From positions 224,001 through 288,000 of the forward strand of contig OZ252100.1 in NCBI GenBank assembly GCA_965248435.1: a stretch of 64,000 nt of DNA, read 5' to 3'. The position numbers were made by a program, and so were the translations under genes. Below, in pieces: positions 17,718 through 27,772 of this stretch; position 1 is the stretch's first letter; every line of letters begins with the position of its first letter. The notes under the pieces were generated by a model. That model was not told where the DNA came from, ran no database searches, and worked only from the letters and a program-made list of their open reading frames with translations. The stretch is from Candidatus Latescibacterota bacterium (GTDB taxonomy: Bacteria > Latescibacterota > UBA2968 > GCA-2709665).

Positions 17718-19127
17718 TTAATGAAATACGACGTTTTTCAGCTCGGTCATTTCCTCCACGGCATATTTTGGCCCTTCCTTGCCCATTCCACTATCCTTCA
17801 GACCTCCGTAAGGCATCAGATCGGCTCTCCATTGCGGTCCCCAATTCACCATCAGGTTGCCGGAATGGACCTTTCGCACAAACTGGATCGCCCAGTCCAA
17901 ATTCTGGGTGAACAGCGCCGCGCTCAGCCCGTAGTTCGTGTCGTTCGCCATGGCAATCGCCTCTTCGATCGTCTCAAATCTAGTGAGTGCAACTGCCGGA
18001 CCGAACAGCTCATCGCGTGAGACCCGCATGTCTGGATCGACGTCCGCCAGGATCGTGGGTGTGTGCATGGTCCCCTCACGACTGCCGCCCGTAACGATCC
18101 GAGCACCCTGTTCCTGTGCCTCGACGATCCATTCGTTTACACGTACAGCATCACTTTCCCGGATCATTGGTCCCATAGTCACATCGCCGTTCGTCGGATT
18201 TCCTGTTTTGAGCCCCTCGACCTTCGGCGTGAGGACATCGATGAAATCTCCGTAGACCTGTTGATTGACCAGGATCCTCTGTGCGGATATGCAAACCTGA
18301 CCCGCGTTTGCGAATCCTGTGGCCGCGGTTGCCGCAGCTACCTTTTCAAGGTCGGCATCGGGCATAACGATAAGCGGTGCATTCGAGCCGAGCTCCATGG
18401 TTACCTTCTTTAGTCCGGCGACGTGACAGATGTGCTCACCCACATCGCGACTTCCGGTGAAGGAGATCTTCCTTACTCGGGGATCGCTACAAAGCGCGTC
18501 ACCGATCTGCCCACCGGAGCCCGTAACGCATTGGATGGCCTCTGGTGGTAGGCCTGCCTCAAGCAGCAGTTCCGTGAGCTTGAGGGCAGATAGGGGTGTA
18601 TCCGTTGCGGGTTTGATAATGACCGAATTTCCGGCAGCGAGGGCAGGGCCGACCTTATGACAGACAAGATTGAGCGGGAAGTTGAACGGCGTGATGGCCA
18701 CAACCACGCCGCACGGTACCCGAAGCGTAAACCCGAATTTTCCGGCACCGTTCGCACCGCCATCTAGAGGAAGCGTCTCGCCATACAGTCGCTTTGCCTC
18801 TTCTGCGGACAGCGTCATCGTTTCAACGGCCCTCGCTGCTTCGCCCTTGCCCTCTGCATCCGTTTTTCCCTCCTCCAGAGTAATAGTCCTTCCGAAGTCG
18901 TCCAGACGTTCTTCCATCAATTCCGCGGCACGGTGCAATATTTGGTAACGCTCATATCCCGGCATCGCTGCCATGATCTCGGCCCCTCTGACCGCGGCCG
19001 CGAGCGCCGATTTGATATCCGCCTCATCCCCCTTCGGCACCGTGTCGATGACCGAGCCATCGAACGGATTCAAGACCTCTATCTTCTCTGCCTTGTCCGT
19101 CCACGCTCCATTCAGATGCATCTTCAT
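17718..19127 (-). CDS. Aldehyde dehydrogenase family protein
   Basis: ITPFNFP, FTGS, MELGSNAP, AGQVCIS, ELFGP. Confidence 0.93.
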   Translation of the reverse strand: MKMHLNGAWTDKAEKIEVLNPFDGSVIDTVPKGDEADIKSALAAAVRGAEIMAAMPGYERYQILHRAAELMEERLDDFGRTITLEEGKTDAEGKGEAARAVETMTLSAEEAKRLYGETLPLDGGANGAGKFGFTLRVPCGVVVAITPFNFPLNLVCHKVGPALAAGNSVIIKPATDTPLSALKLTELLLEAGLPPEAIQCVTGSGGQIGDALCSDPRVRKISFTGSRDVGEHICHVAGLKKVTMELGSNAPLIVMPDADLEKVAAATAATGFANAGQVCISAQRILVNQQVYGDFIDVLTPKVEGLKTGNPTNGDVTMGPMIRESDAVRVNEWIVEAQEQGARIVTGGSREGTMHTPTILADVDPDMRVSRDELFGPAVALTRFETIEEAIAMANDTNYGLSAALFTQNLDWAIQFVRKVHSGNLMVNWGPQWRADLMPYGGLKDSGMGKEGPKYAVEEMTELKNVVFH

Positions 19128-20065
19128 GTCGCTCCTCCTCCGTGTGAGTTTCTTTTGATAACGATATAGCTGATGTCGTCCTCTGGTTTGCCGAATTCGA
19201 TTAGGTCTTCCTTGATGCTCTGAAAGATCTCTCTGGCCGATCGATCCTTCACCTCTCGAAGTTTCGTTTCCAGGTGATTCGGGAAGTACTCCTCATCTCC
19301 CTTTGTGTGCTCTGAAAGGCCGTCTGTGTAGAGCAGGAGGATATCCCCTTCCGCCATCAGTTTAATTTGATAGACTTGATATTTGGTCTTGTAGCCCAGG
19401 ACGCTCTGGGTTGCCCGCTTGTCGATATCCTCCTGAGAAGGAAGCGTACCGATCGGCGGAAAGGTCGTCAGCAGTTCTTCGTTGAAGTCTACGAATTGAT
19501 CGTGATGACTTGAAAAGAAGAGGGGCATGGGATGGGCAGCTGAGATGAACTTGAACATTCCTTCCTCGGAGATCTCGCCGTAGATCATCGTCAGAAATTT
19601 GGTCACGCTGGAAGAGTTGTAGAAGCGGGTATTGATGTTTTCGAACAATCTTTCGGTGATATTCCCAGAATGGTCCAACTCATAGATTGCCCCGAGCAAA
19701 AAGGCCTGGTGCAACATGGCCGCCAGTAGGGCATCAGTGATTTGATGGCCCGAAACGTCGAGTAAGGCCATTCCGGCTTTTCTCCGGCATCCTTTCAATT
19801 GAGCTTCCACCTCGTCGCGCCCGGCCTCGTGGGCGTGTTGTATCCTGGCCTCAAGGTCGTAGCGCTTCTTAAAATCCAGATAAATGATGTGGTCGCCTCC
19901 GATCACGCCATTCAGGGGCATGGACTCCCCAAAGAGTTCAATTCCGGAGAGACTGGGCAGGTTTCCCGAAGAGGGCGTCAGGGCCTTGGCGATATCCTGG
20001 AAATTTTCCAGCTCGCCCGTCAACCTCCTCAAGGATTTTCTTACTTCCTCAATGATATCTTCCAT
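19124..20065 (-). CDS. Stand-alone PP2C/SpoIIE-family phosphatase
   Basis: IGGDH, LDVSGH, LYTDGLSE, EDDIS; stop overlaps the ALDH start. Confidence 0.85.
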   Translation of the reverse strand: MEDIIEEVRKSLRRLTGELENFQDIAKALTPSSGNLPSLSGIELFGESMPLNGVIGGDHIIYLDFKKRYDLEARIQHAHEAGRDEVEAQLKGCRRKAGMALLDVSGHQITDALLAAMLHQAFLLGAIYELDHSGNITERLFENINTRFYNSSSVTKFLTMIYGEISEEGMFKFISAAHPMPLFFSSHHDQFVDFNEELLTTFPPIGTLPSQEDIDKRATQSVLGYKTKYQVYQIKLMAEGDILLLYTDGLSEHTKGDEEYFPNHLETKLREVKDRSAREIFQSIKEDLIEFGKPEDDISYIVIKRNSHGGGAT

Positions 20066-20260
20066 CTATTCGACCAAATAGAAGTTGAGTTTTTCCGAAA
20101 AAAACGGGAGAAAGTCCGCGTCCGACGTATAAGATACACGGAAACCGGGACCGTTACAAATCTTCTTTATCCCATAAAGGCAAAAGGCCGGTGCGAAGTG
20201 AAGAAGGGGGCACTGTTCAGCTTCACAGCGCCCCCTCCGCTCACCTGATGGAACTAACGA

Positions 20261-20524
20261 TCAGGCCTGTGCCTCCTCTTCCTCCATTTCGGCGTTGCCG
20301 TTGGAAGTCAGGTGCTCGTAGGCTTTGTTCAGAACAAGAACCGCTTTAGGGAGGTCGTTGACGTTCAAACTACTGGACGTTTTCCAATCCCCTTCCTTGT
20401 CCCGATAACGCTTCTGGAATGAGACGTTTCGGACACTGAACGTTTCTTTACCACGATTGTATTCATTTTCGAATACCGAAGCGCTGCAAGCACCGTTCCT
20501 GAACGTAATCTCGGGCTGTGCCAT
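20261..20524 (-). CDS. Small hypothetical protein, possibly PC4/SSB-like nucleic-acid binding
   Basis: SASVFEN, KRYRDKEGDWKTSSS, NDLPKA, acidic tail; strong AAAGGAGG RBS. Confidence 0.6.
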   Translation of the reverse strand: MAQPEITFRNGACSASVFENEYNRGKETFSVRNVSFQKRYRDKEGDWKTSSSLNVNDLPKAVLVLNKAYEHLTSNGNAEMEEEEAQA

Positions 20525-20559
20525 CTGTTTCACCTCCTTTCTGTGATAGAAGTGACTGA

Positions 20560-23500
20560 CTACTTCATTAGTGCCATCCGTACGGTTGAGATTCCCTCAT
20601 CTGTCTGTATCCGGAGAAGGTAGAGCCCTGACCCTACCCGTCTACCCCTATCATCTTTTCCGTCCCACACAACCCTGTGATGGCCGACCGTGGTATTTCC
20701 CCTGATCAGATACCTGACCGGCTGGCCCAGCAGATTGTAGACCGACAGTTGGACAAAGCCGCCCGGCGAGTGAAATCCAACAATCGTGCGAGCATTGAAG
20801 GGATTTGGTCTGGGCCCTTGAACCTGAGTGACAGCCGCGGTGTCTTCCTGAGTGGTATGTACGGGTCCAGATACTTGTGTATTCACAAGCCTTTCAGGTA
20901 GGCCTGGAGAGAAGGACCGTGCTGAGACGCTATTGTGAGGTACCCACTCTCCGGGCAGACCGGGGTCTCGCACGAGGGAGGCACCCGCTCGCCCTCCCCT
21001 GTACTGGAGATCGATGAGGGTGTCTGGACCAGACGGCGCAACGAGTAGAAGGCGATCTGACTCCCCAAGCCCGTTCCCGATACGGCCCCCGGCAGAGAAC
21101 CGCCCTGACCTCGCATCGGACACCCCTCCCCCAAAGAGCGTCACCCTACTCGCTGACGATATGAGCGATCCGTCAGGAAACTCGAAAGGCTTACCATCGT
21201 CATCGCCCAGTGTCCATCCCTGAAGGTTCAAGGGACGCGGCCCCCGGAAGGAGAGTTCTATGTATTGATCTTCAAACGGATCAAGCAGGGCATCTCCGTT
21301 CATATCCTGGGGTGGGTCGACCATGATCTCGGCAATCTGGATATCCGGCGCAGATAAAACAATTATCTGATAGGCAAGAATCAGATCTTGAAGACCGTTT
21401 GTGCTGATAGACACCGATACCGTTCTCTCCCCTTCGTCCCCCTTGTTCGGTCTCCAGACCAGCCCCAGACCGCTCTGTTCAACAACCGGCCCTCCATCCG
21501 CCTGAACCTCCACGCCGGTTGGCGGAACGAATGGCCATCGCCACGTAAGGCCGACATAGGCCGAATCTTTCGGCGATCCTTGCAGGATCTGTTCCTGTGC
21601 CAGGACACGAATTCTGAACCGCTGCTCGGACCGTGCCCAACCATCGCTTGCCTCAAGCTCCACGTCAGCGTGACCAGCATCTTTCTGGGCGGGTGTGCCC
21701 GCTAGCTGGTCCGCCGCAAGCGTCAACCAATCCGGAATCACAGGAGCACTCAAGTGAACGCTGTCTTCTTCCGAGTCGCTCACGCTTACCCGGTATAGAT
21801 ACTGCAACCCCACAACAGCGGTCGTTTCTGGCCAGGAGGAGATGATCGGAGGCAGGTTTTGCACTGGTTCTGGAGGTTCAGAAATGTCCTGACCGCTCGC
21901 ACGACCCTCATTGCGGCCCCCAGTGCCGGGAGTGGGTGGTGGTTGCCCATCTTCCGGGGAATGGCTATCCTCTTCCAGGTCGACGGTTCCGGCCGTTTCC
22001 GACTTCAGACTATCTTTGCGTTCGAAGAGAAGCTCATCCGTAACAATTTCTATTGTGACTGTACGGGCAAACTGCCCTTCGACTGTGACCTTTACCGAGG
22101 TCACCCCCGATCGTAGGCCGCTGACCATTCCAACCTGATCCACTCCTGCGATGAGCGAATCCGCAACTGACCAGTCGACAAGCCGGGTAAGTTCCTGTTG
22201 CGAGTCGTCAGTAAACGTCCCGAAGGCCAGGAGTTGACCGGACGCTCCGACTTCCAGCACCAGAGTGTCAGGCATCGTGTCGAGACGCACGAGGTGGGTT
22301 CTTGCCCTTCCGGGCGACAACCGACCCCTTCCAGGCAGCCGGTCGTGCGGGCGGAGGATTCCTCCCCGCGCGTTCACCCAGGAGACCCCTCTATGGCCTT
22401 TGTTATATCGAATTTGGTCCAGGGTGTCACCCCCCGTCTCCGAAATCAGCAGAACCCTGTCGCCCCCGTTGGACAGACCGTCTCCGATCCTCCCATCGTC
22501 TGTAAACACCTTCCCTGGCACTGCGAGTGGATCGCCCCCACCGAATAGCGCGACGAACTCACCTGGTTGGAGGACCATCCCTTCTGGAAATTTGAATTGA
22601 CGGTCCACGGAGACGTCATCGTCCCCCAGGCGCCAATGCGAGAGGTCAGCCGGCTCAGTGTCGGAGTTCCAGAGCTCGACGAATTCGTCTTCGAACGGGT
22701 GTCGGACACCGTCTCCGTTAGCGTCCCCCTCTGGTCCCAAAGCGGGATCGGCGTAAATTTCACTGATGATGACACCTTTCGGTCGAATTCGTAGAGATCT
22801 GTCATCCACAGGAAGCTTTTCTCTCTCAGAGAGAATGCCCGAGCGCATCCAATCTCGCGGTCGGCCCGGTGAAAAGGGGGCTTGCCCAGCGTGGTCCGCG
22901 TGGGGGATCCACCGACGTCCCCGGGGCACGAGGGACTGATTCAAATCCCCATCCACGGTATAGCTCGCGAACGCAACTGTGTCTGAAAACACAGGATCGA
23001 ACAACAGGAGGATATCCCCTGAGTTCGTCAGCCCGTTCCCGATGCTGCCGTCGTCTGCAAAAACAAGCCCCGGTATTTTCTGGTGGCTGCCGCCCCCAAA
23101 AAGGACAGACCTTTCTCCTGGCTCGAGAAGAGTTCCTTCCGGGAAAGTGAATCGCCCCGCTTCCGAAACGTCATCGTCGCTTAGCTGCCATCCGCCAATC
23201 GGTACGGGATGTTCATCCTGGTTGAGGATTTCCACGAATTCGTCTGCTGTTCCGTCGCGCTCGCCGTCACCGTTTGCGTCGCCTGCTGGGCCAGGAGGAG
23301 GATCCGCCAGAATCTCGGAGATAACAATCGCGGGCCGATTTGTAACGAGTACAGTAAAGGCCTGCCTGCCTTCCCGCCCCTGGGGATTGGGCGCGAATAG
23401 GATGAACGAGAAGGTACCGGATTTCTCGGGGCGCCACGTGATCCCCCCCGTCACTGGGTTCACCTGGACGCCCTCAGCGTTGGTTGCGACCCACGCCCTT

Positions 23501-25356
23501 CCGCCGTAGAGGTGTAAAATCTTGGGCAGGTAGGCATAGAGCACGCCGACCCGGGCGTGCCCGGGAGGATCTCCTAAGATGAGGGGCTGACGAGCCGGAG
23601 GGTGATGGATCCTGATTCTTCTCTGGGCCGAAAACGTATGCCAGGCCGCCGAAAGGTCTGCCATACCGGGCGATATCCCGAGCAATTCTCCCCCTTCGTC
23701 TACCTGGAGAAGCGAGGAGTCCGCCTCCCATAGGACCTCGTGTGTTACATCTACTTCGTCCCCGTCGCTGTATTGTGCGAGCGCTGTGGCTGCAATCGAT
23801 TCCCCGATCACGAGGGACCCTACCCCTTCGATCTGCAGACCAACCGCCGTAGGGCGTTCGATTCCGGGCGAAAATTCACCTTTTCCCGGGAACGCATTGT
23901 GGCGTACGAATATGCCCATCTCGTCCAGGGCCAGCGATGTGTTCAGGTTCGATTTCGCCGTATACTCAACTCGCGCGATCGTGTCCCCGGCGGTTGGATC
24001 GATCAAAAGCAAGACATCCCCTGAATTCGCGAGTCCGTTTCCGATACTGCCGTCGTCGCTGAACACCTTTCCGGGTATCCCCTCAGGCTCTCCTCCCCCG
24101 AAGAGTACGGCGCGTTCTCCGGCCTTGAGCTCAGCAGTGGAAGGAAAGCGAAACCGCCGAGTTTCGGAGACATCGTCGTCACTCAAACTCCATCCGCCGA
24201 TCGCGACCGTTTCTGATCCCAGATTGGCGATCTCCACGAATTCGTCTTCTCGTCCATTTCGTGTTCCGTCCCGATTGACATCACCCAGGTCGCCGTCCGG
24301 AGGATCTGCAAGGATTTCATCAATGACAACTCTCGGAATCAATGCTGGGAGTGGAAGTTCTGGGGGTATATTTAAGTAGAACTCTATGGTCACTGTTCCA
24401 GATCGACTGATGACAGGCAGGGACTTACCGTTGGGGCCCACCAGGGTGGTGGACTCCAATCGGATCGGGATTTCGGCTGGATCTGCGGAAGCAGCGATCA
24501 GGACCCAAACACGCATCACAGACCCTTCGCCAGGCAAGATGAGGGAACCTCCTGAAAGGTCCATCAACACCACCCTCGCCCCGTCTCCACCCTTCGACGC
24601 ACCGTGGGCGTTCAACGCGTCTGCTCTGCCCGTAGATTCGACGCGCACGAAGCTCAGCGCAGGGTTCACCCAAACAAGATCGGCCTGGAATCCGGCGACT
24701 GATTCCACGTTTTTTGAACTGATTTCAATCACCACCGTTTCTCCGGGATACCCTGTTGTCCTGCTGAGGCTCAACTCGTTCCCGGATAAGACCACGCCCC
24801 CGTGAACCCGAGCAGGGGTGATCATCTCCGGAGGGCGTTGATTGTCTGTCATGTTGGCCTCCACCAGATTCAACGGGTGGAAACCATCCATTGCATCTGA
24901 GCTCACCTCGAAATGGACGCGACCGATGGCATCTTCTCCAGGAGGGATAGGGCTGCCAAGGTCAGGATCGAGCATCATTACCTTGAGGGAATCGCTTTCT
25001 ATCCGTGAGTAGACGGACACTCCAGATGCCCTGCCCACCGACTCAACAACGATCGAGTCAAAGGTTCTCCGGTTCAGCGTCATCGTCCAAGAAATCCCCG
25101 TGACTGGAAATTCGTTCTTCAATCGGACCTCTACAGAGCCAGAGTCTCCCCGCGAGGCAATTTGCTGCCCAACAGACAGGGTGTCGGATCGTGAAGATGC
25201 GTTTTGCGCGAAGGAGATCACCACGGTGAGGCCTGTGAAGATCGCAATCAGACTTCGCTTTGTCTTATCGCAGCAGGAGCATTTTGACCACGCCGCGGTA
25301 GTCCGCGATCTCAAGACAGGCAAGATAAACCCCACTCCCAACTTCCCGCCCTTCAC
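20560..25356 (-). CDS. Large secreted protein: 2 cohesin-like domains, 4 lamin-tail-like domains, Ig domains, FlgD/T9SS-like C-term (start uncertain)
   Basis: Repeated I.EI.ADPP..GD.NGDG..DEFVE; N-term LSVG..GSVEVRLKN / GYPGETVVIEI..VAGFQAD; PNPFN..WDGKD..GSGLYL. Confidence 0.8.
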   Translation of the reverse strand: MKGGKLGVGFILPVLRSRTTAAWSKCSCCDKTKRSLIAIFTGLTVVISFAQNASSRSDTLSVGQQIASRGDSGSVEVRLKNEFPVTGISWTMTLNRRTFDSIVVESVGRASGVSVYSRIESDSLKVMMLDPDLGSPIPPGEDAIGRVHFEVSSDAMDGFHPLNLVEANMTDNQRPPEMITPARVHGGVVLSGNELSLSRTTGYPGETVVIEISSKNVESVAGFQADLVWVNPALSFVRVESTGRADALNAHGASKGGDGARVVLMDLSGGSLILPGEGSVMRVWVLIAASADPAEIPIRLESTTLVGPNGKSLPVISRSGTVTIEFYLNIPPELPLPALIPRVVIDEILADPPDGDLGDVNRDGTRNGREDEFVEIANLGSETVAIGGWSLSDDDVSETRRFRFPSTAELKAGERAVLFGGGEPEGIPGKVFSDDGSIGNGLANSGDVLLLIDPTAGDTIARVEYTAKSNLNTSLALDEMGIFVRHNAFPGKGEFSPGIERPTAVGLQIEGVGSLVIGESIAATALAQYSDGDEVDVTHEVLWEADSSLLQVDEGGELLGISPGMADLSAAWHTFSAQRRIRIHHPPARQPLILGDPPGHARVGVLYAYLPKILHLYGGRAWVATNAEGVQVNPVTGGITWRPEKSGTFSFILFAPNPQGREGRQAFTVLVTNRPAIVISEILADPPPGPAGDANGDGERDGTADEFVEILNQDEHPVPIGGWQLSDDDVSEAGRFTFPEGTLLEPGERSVLFGGGSHQKIPGLVFADDGSIGNGLTNSGDILLLFDPVFSDTVAFASYTVDGDLNQSLVPRGRRWIPHADHAGQAPFSPGRPRDWMRSGILSEREKLPVDDRSLRIRPKGVIISEIYADPALGPEGDANGDGVRHPFEDEFVELWNSDTEPADLSHWRLGDDDVSVDRQFKFPEGMVLQPGEFVALFGGGDPLAVPGKVFTDDGRIGDGLSNGGDRVLLISETGGDTLDQIRYNKGHRGVSWVNARGGILRPHDRLPGRGRLSPGRARTHLVRLDTMPDTLVLEVGASGQLLAFGTFTDDSQQELTRLVDWSVADSLIAGVDQVGMVSGLRSGVTSVKVTVEGQFARTVTIEIVTDELLFERKDSLKSETAGTVDLEEDSHSPEDGQPPPTPGTGGRNEGRASGQDISEPPEPVQNLPPIISSWPETTAVVGLQYLYRVSVSDSEEDSVHLSAPVIPDWLTLAADQLAGTPAQKDAGHADVELEASDGWARSEQRFRIRVLAQEQILQGSPKDSAYVGLTWRWPFVPPTGVEVQADGGPVVEQSGLGLVWRPNKGDEGERTVSVSISTNGLQDLILAYQIIVLSAPDIQIAEIMVDPPQDMNGDALLDPFEDQYIELSFRGPRPLNLQGWTLGDDDGKPFEFPDGSLISSASRVTLFGGGVSDARSGRFSAGGRIGNGLGESDRLLLVAPSGPDTLIDLQYRGGRAGASLVRDPGLPGEWVPHNSVSARSFSPGLPERLVNTQVSGPVHTTQEDTAAVTQVQGPRPNPFNARTIVGFHSPGGFVQLSVYNLLGQPVRYLIRGNTTVGHHRVVWDGKDDRGRRVGSGLYLLRIQTDEGISTVRMALMK

Positions 25357-27483
25357 GATCCAGACCGTCCCAAGGTATCTCGTAAGCTCCAGGTGTCAGG
25401 GACGCATCCAGCAGGGTTACGACCTCTTGACCCAGCGCTGAAAATATGCGCAGCACCACCCTCTCATCTCCAGTGAGGACCACGGGCAGAATCGTAGACG
25501 CATTGAACGGATTCGGGTGATTTTGCTCGAGATCGTCACCTTGGGTCCCAGCCACGCTTTCCCTGAGGTCCAACGGATTCCCCTGGAAATCCACGGCCTG
25601 GATCTCTGTCAAATGACCTTTCCAGATGCTATGTCCGGATTCTGGATCTTCCGGATTTGAAAACTGGACACAGATTTCATTGTCGTCCGATCTCATTCCT
25701 TGGGGTGTCAACGCGTAGCCCACTAGCCTGGTTTTTCCATCAGGCGTTTCCGTGACAAGCAGTTCACCCTGATGCTTGCCTTCCAAGCGAGCCTTTTCGA
25801 TCAGCCCATCGAACTCGGCGTAAAACGCACGCAAAGGAAGCGGCACTTTCATCTTCAGTTTCGAGCCCTCGATTCGCCACTCCACGACTCTCGTTCCGGC
25901 CGATTTGCTTCCCCCTATTGGAGCACCCAGGATTCGATTGACCAACTTTGCGAGATCAATGATGTCAACCTTTCCGTCCCGATCCAGATCAGAGGCTTTC
26001 GATTCGAAGCTTGAAGGCGCAGGAGGCTCGCCCAGGATCAGGTGAACCAGCCGAACTGCGTCAAGCAGGTCATACGATCCGTCTCCATTCAGGTCTCCGG
26101 CACCTGCAACACGAATGGATGCATCTACCCGAAGTTGATCCAGTCCAACGGAAACTGTCGCGAACCCTTCGTCGCGAGCGAGAAGCCAGTTCCCACTAAG
26201 AGGCGTGGCAACGGATGAATCCGAACTCACCCAATCCATCCCGCTCACAAGAGCCTGCCGAGAGTCATCCGGATAAACGCCCTCTACACGGAACAACATC
26301 GAATCCTGTGCCAGGATGAGCGTATCTAGAGGAGTGAGCGCAAGCCTTGAAAATGCGGGCAAGTCGACACGGATACGGGCTTCAGGAGACGTAATTCCTG
26401 CGATCCGTGCCGTGACGCCGACCTCTCCTGGTGAAATGGCAAGTGCAAGGCTATCGTTTACCCGCAAAACGGTGGCATCCGTGACCGAAAAGAGGAGACC
26501 TTCGGACAAAGAGGATCTGCTGGCATCCGTGAACAGGCCTGAAGTACCAAATACGAAACTTGAACCGATCTCGAGCGAGGTATCCAAAGGTGATAGTTCA
26601 ATCTCCGAAAGCACGATTCGTGGTTTTCCCGGAGAAAATCGACTCCCTTTGCCTGGCAGGTCTGCGTGAAATGCAAATCCCCCACGGCCCTCCGGATTCC
26701 TGATCAGTGACTGATCCTTTCCTGCCTCAGAGCCGTATTCCGCCCAGGCCACGGTGTCGCCGTCTGCGATGAGGAAAACACCATCTCCTGAATTGCTCAA
26801 CCCGCCGCCGATCTTTCCGTCATCGATGAAGACCTTCCCTTCGAACCCGAATGGCTGGCCCCCACCGAACAGAACCAGGCGTTCTCCTGGGTCGGCCCAC
26901 GTCCGATCGGGGAATTGGAATCGGCTTGCTTCAGAGGCTCCGCGGTCGCTGAGTTGCCATCCGCTTATGTTGACCGCGAACCTCCCGATATTGAGGAGTT
27001 CGACAAATTCATCCTCGCTGCTGCTTCGGGTTCCATCCTGGTTTGCATCTCCGCCCTCGCCGGTTGGCGGATCCGCGAGGATCTCGTTGATCACAACTAC
27101 CTCGAATACACCTTCCCCCGCCAGGCTGACATCCAGGCGTCCATCCCCTGTAGACAAGTCCAGTTGTCCCGGATAAAGGCCTGTGTCGGGAGGGGCGAAT
27201 CGAATCAAGACCTCCAAGACCTCGTTCTCATTCAGCAAGACCGGCGCACCGGAAAAGGGCGATTCGGGGAGGTCGTAGGCGGGCCCCGTCAGGTCTGCGG
27301 ATTCGACCAGAAGGGAGCTGACATCCGCATTCCGCAGTCTTAGGGTATCCACGGCGACGCTCCCGAGGCGCACAGGGCCGAACTGGACCTCAGTCTCTTC
27401 CACCACACCACCCGACCATACGGGCCCTGCAGCCCGTTCAGGACCACGCCTACGACGATTGGTAACATCCCAAATCTTCCCAT
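25265..27483 (-). CDS. Secreted ASH + lamin-tail + Ig + dockerin + FlgD/T9SS-like protein (probable frameshift in the signal peptide ~27430)
   Basis: VVINEILADPP; dockerin GDLNGDGSYDLLD..SDLDRDGKVDIIDL; PNPFN; GGAG-RBS ATG at 27483 is out of frame with the ORF ending at 27406. Confidence 0.75.
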
Positions 27484-27772
27484 ATCAACACTCCACACGC
27501 TGACCCCCACGCAAGGTGCGTACCAGGGTGCGGCGGCCTGTCCAACGTGTTATATCTGAATCGGTTATCACCTTCGTGAACACATCGAGGTCACGGTTGG
27601 AATCGAAAGGGGCTTTCAAAAAGGAAGTCACCGCTGAACATAGGGTTCCAAAGGCCGTTCAAGGGAGCAACAAAAAGGCCCCGATCGGATTAACCGGTCG
27701 GGGCCTCTTGGTCAAAAATATTGATTATCTCTTTAGGACTTCGGTCGTTGATTCTCCATTTGCATCGTGCCC

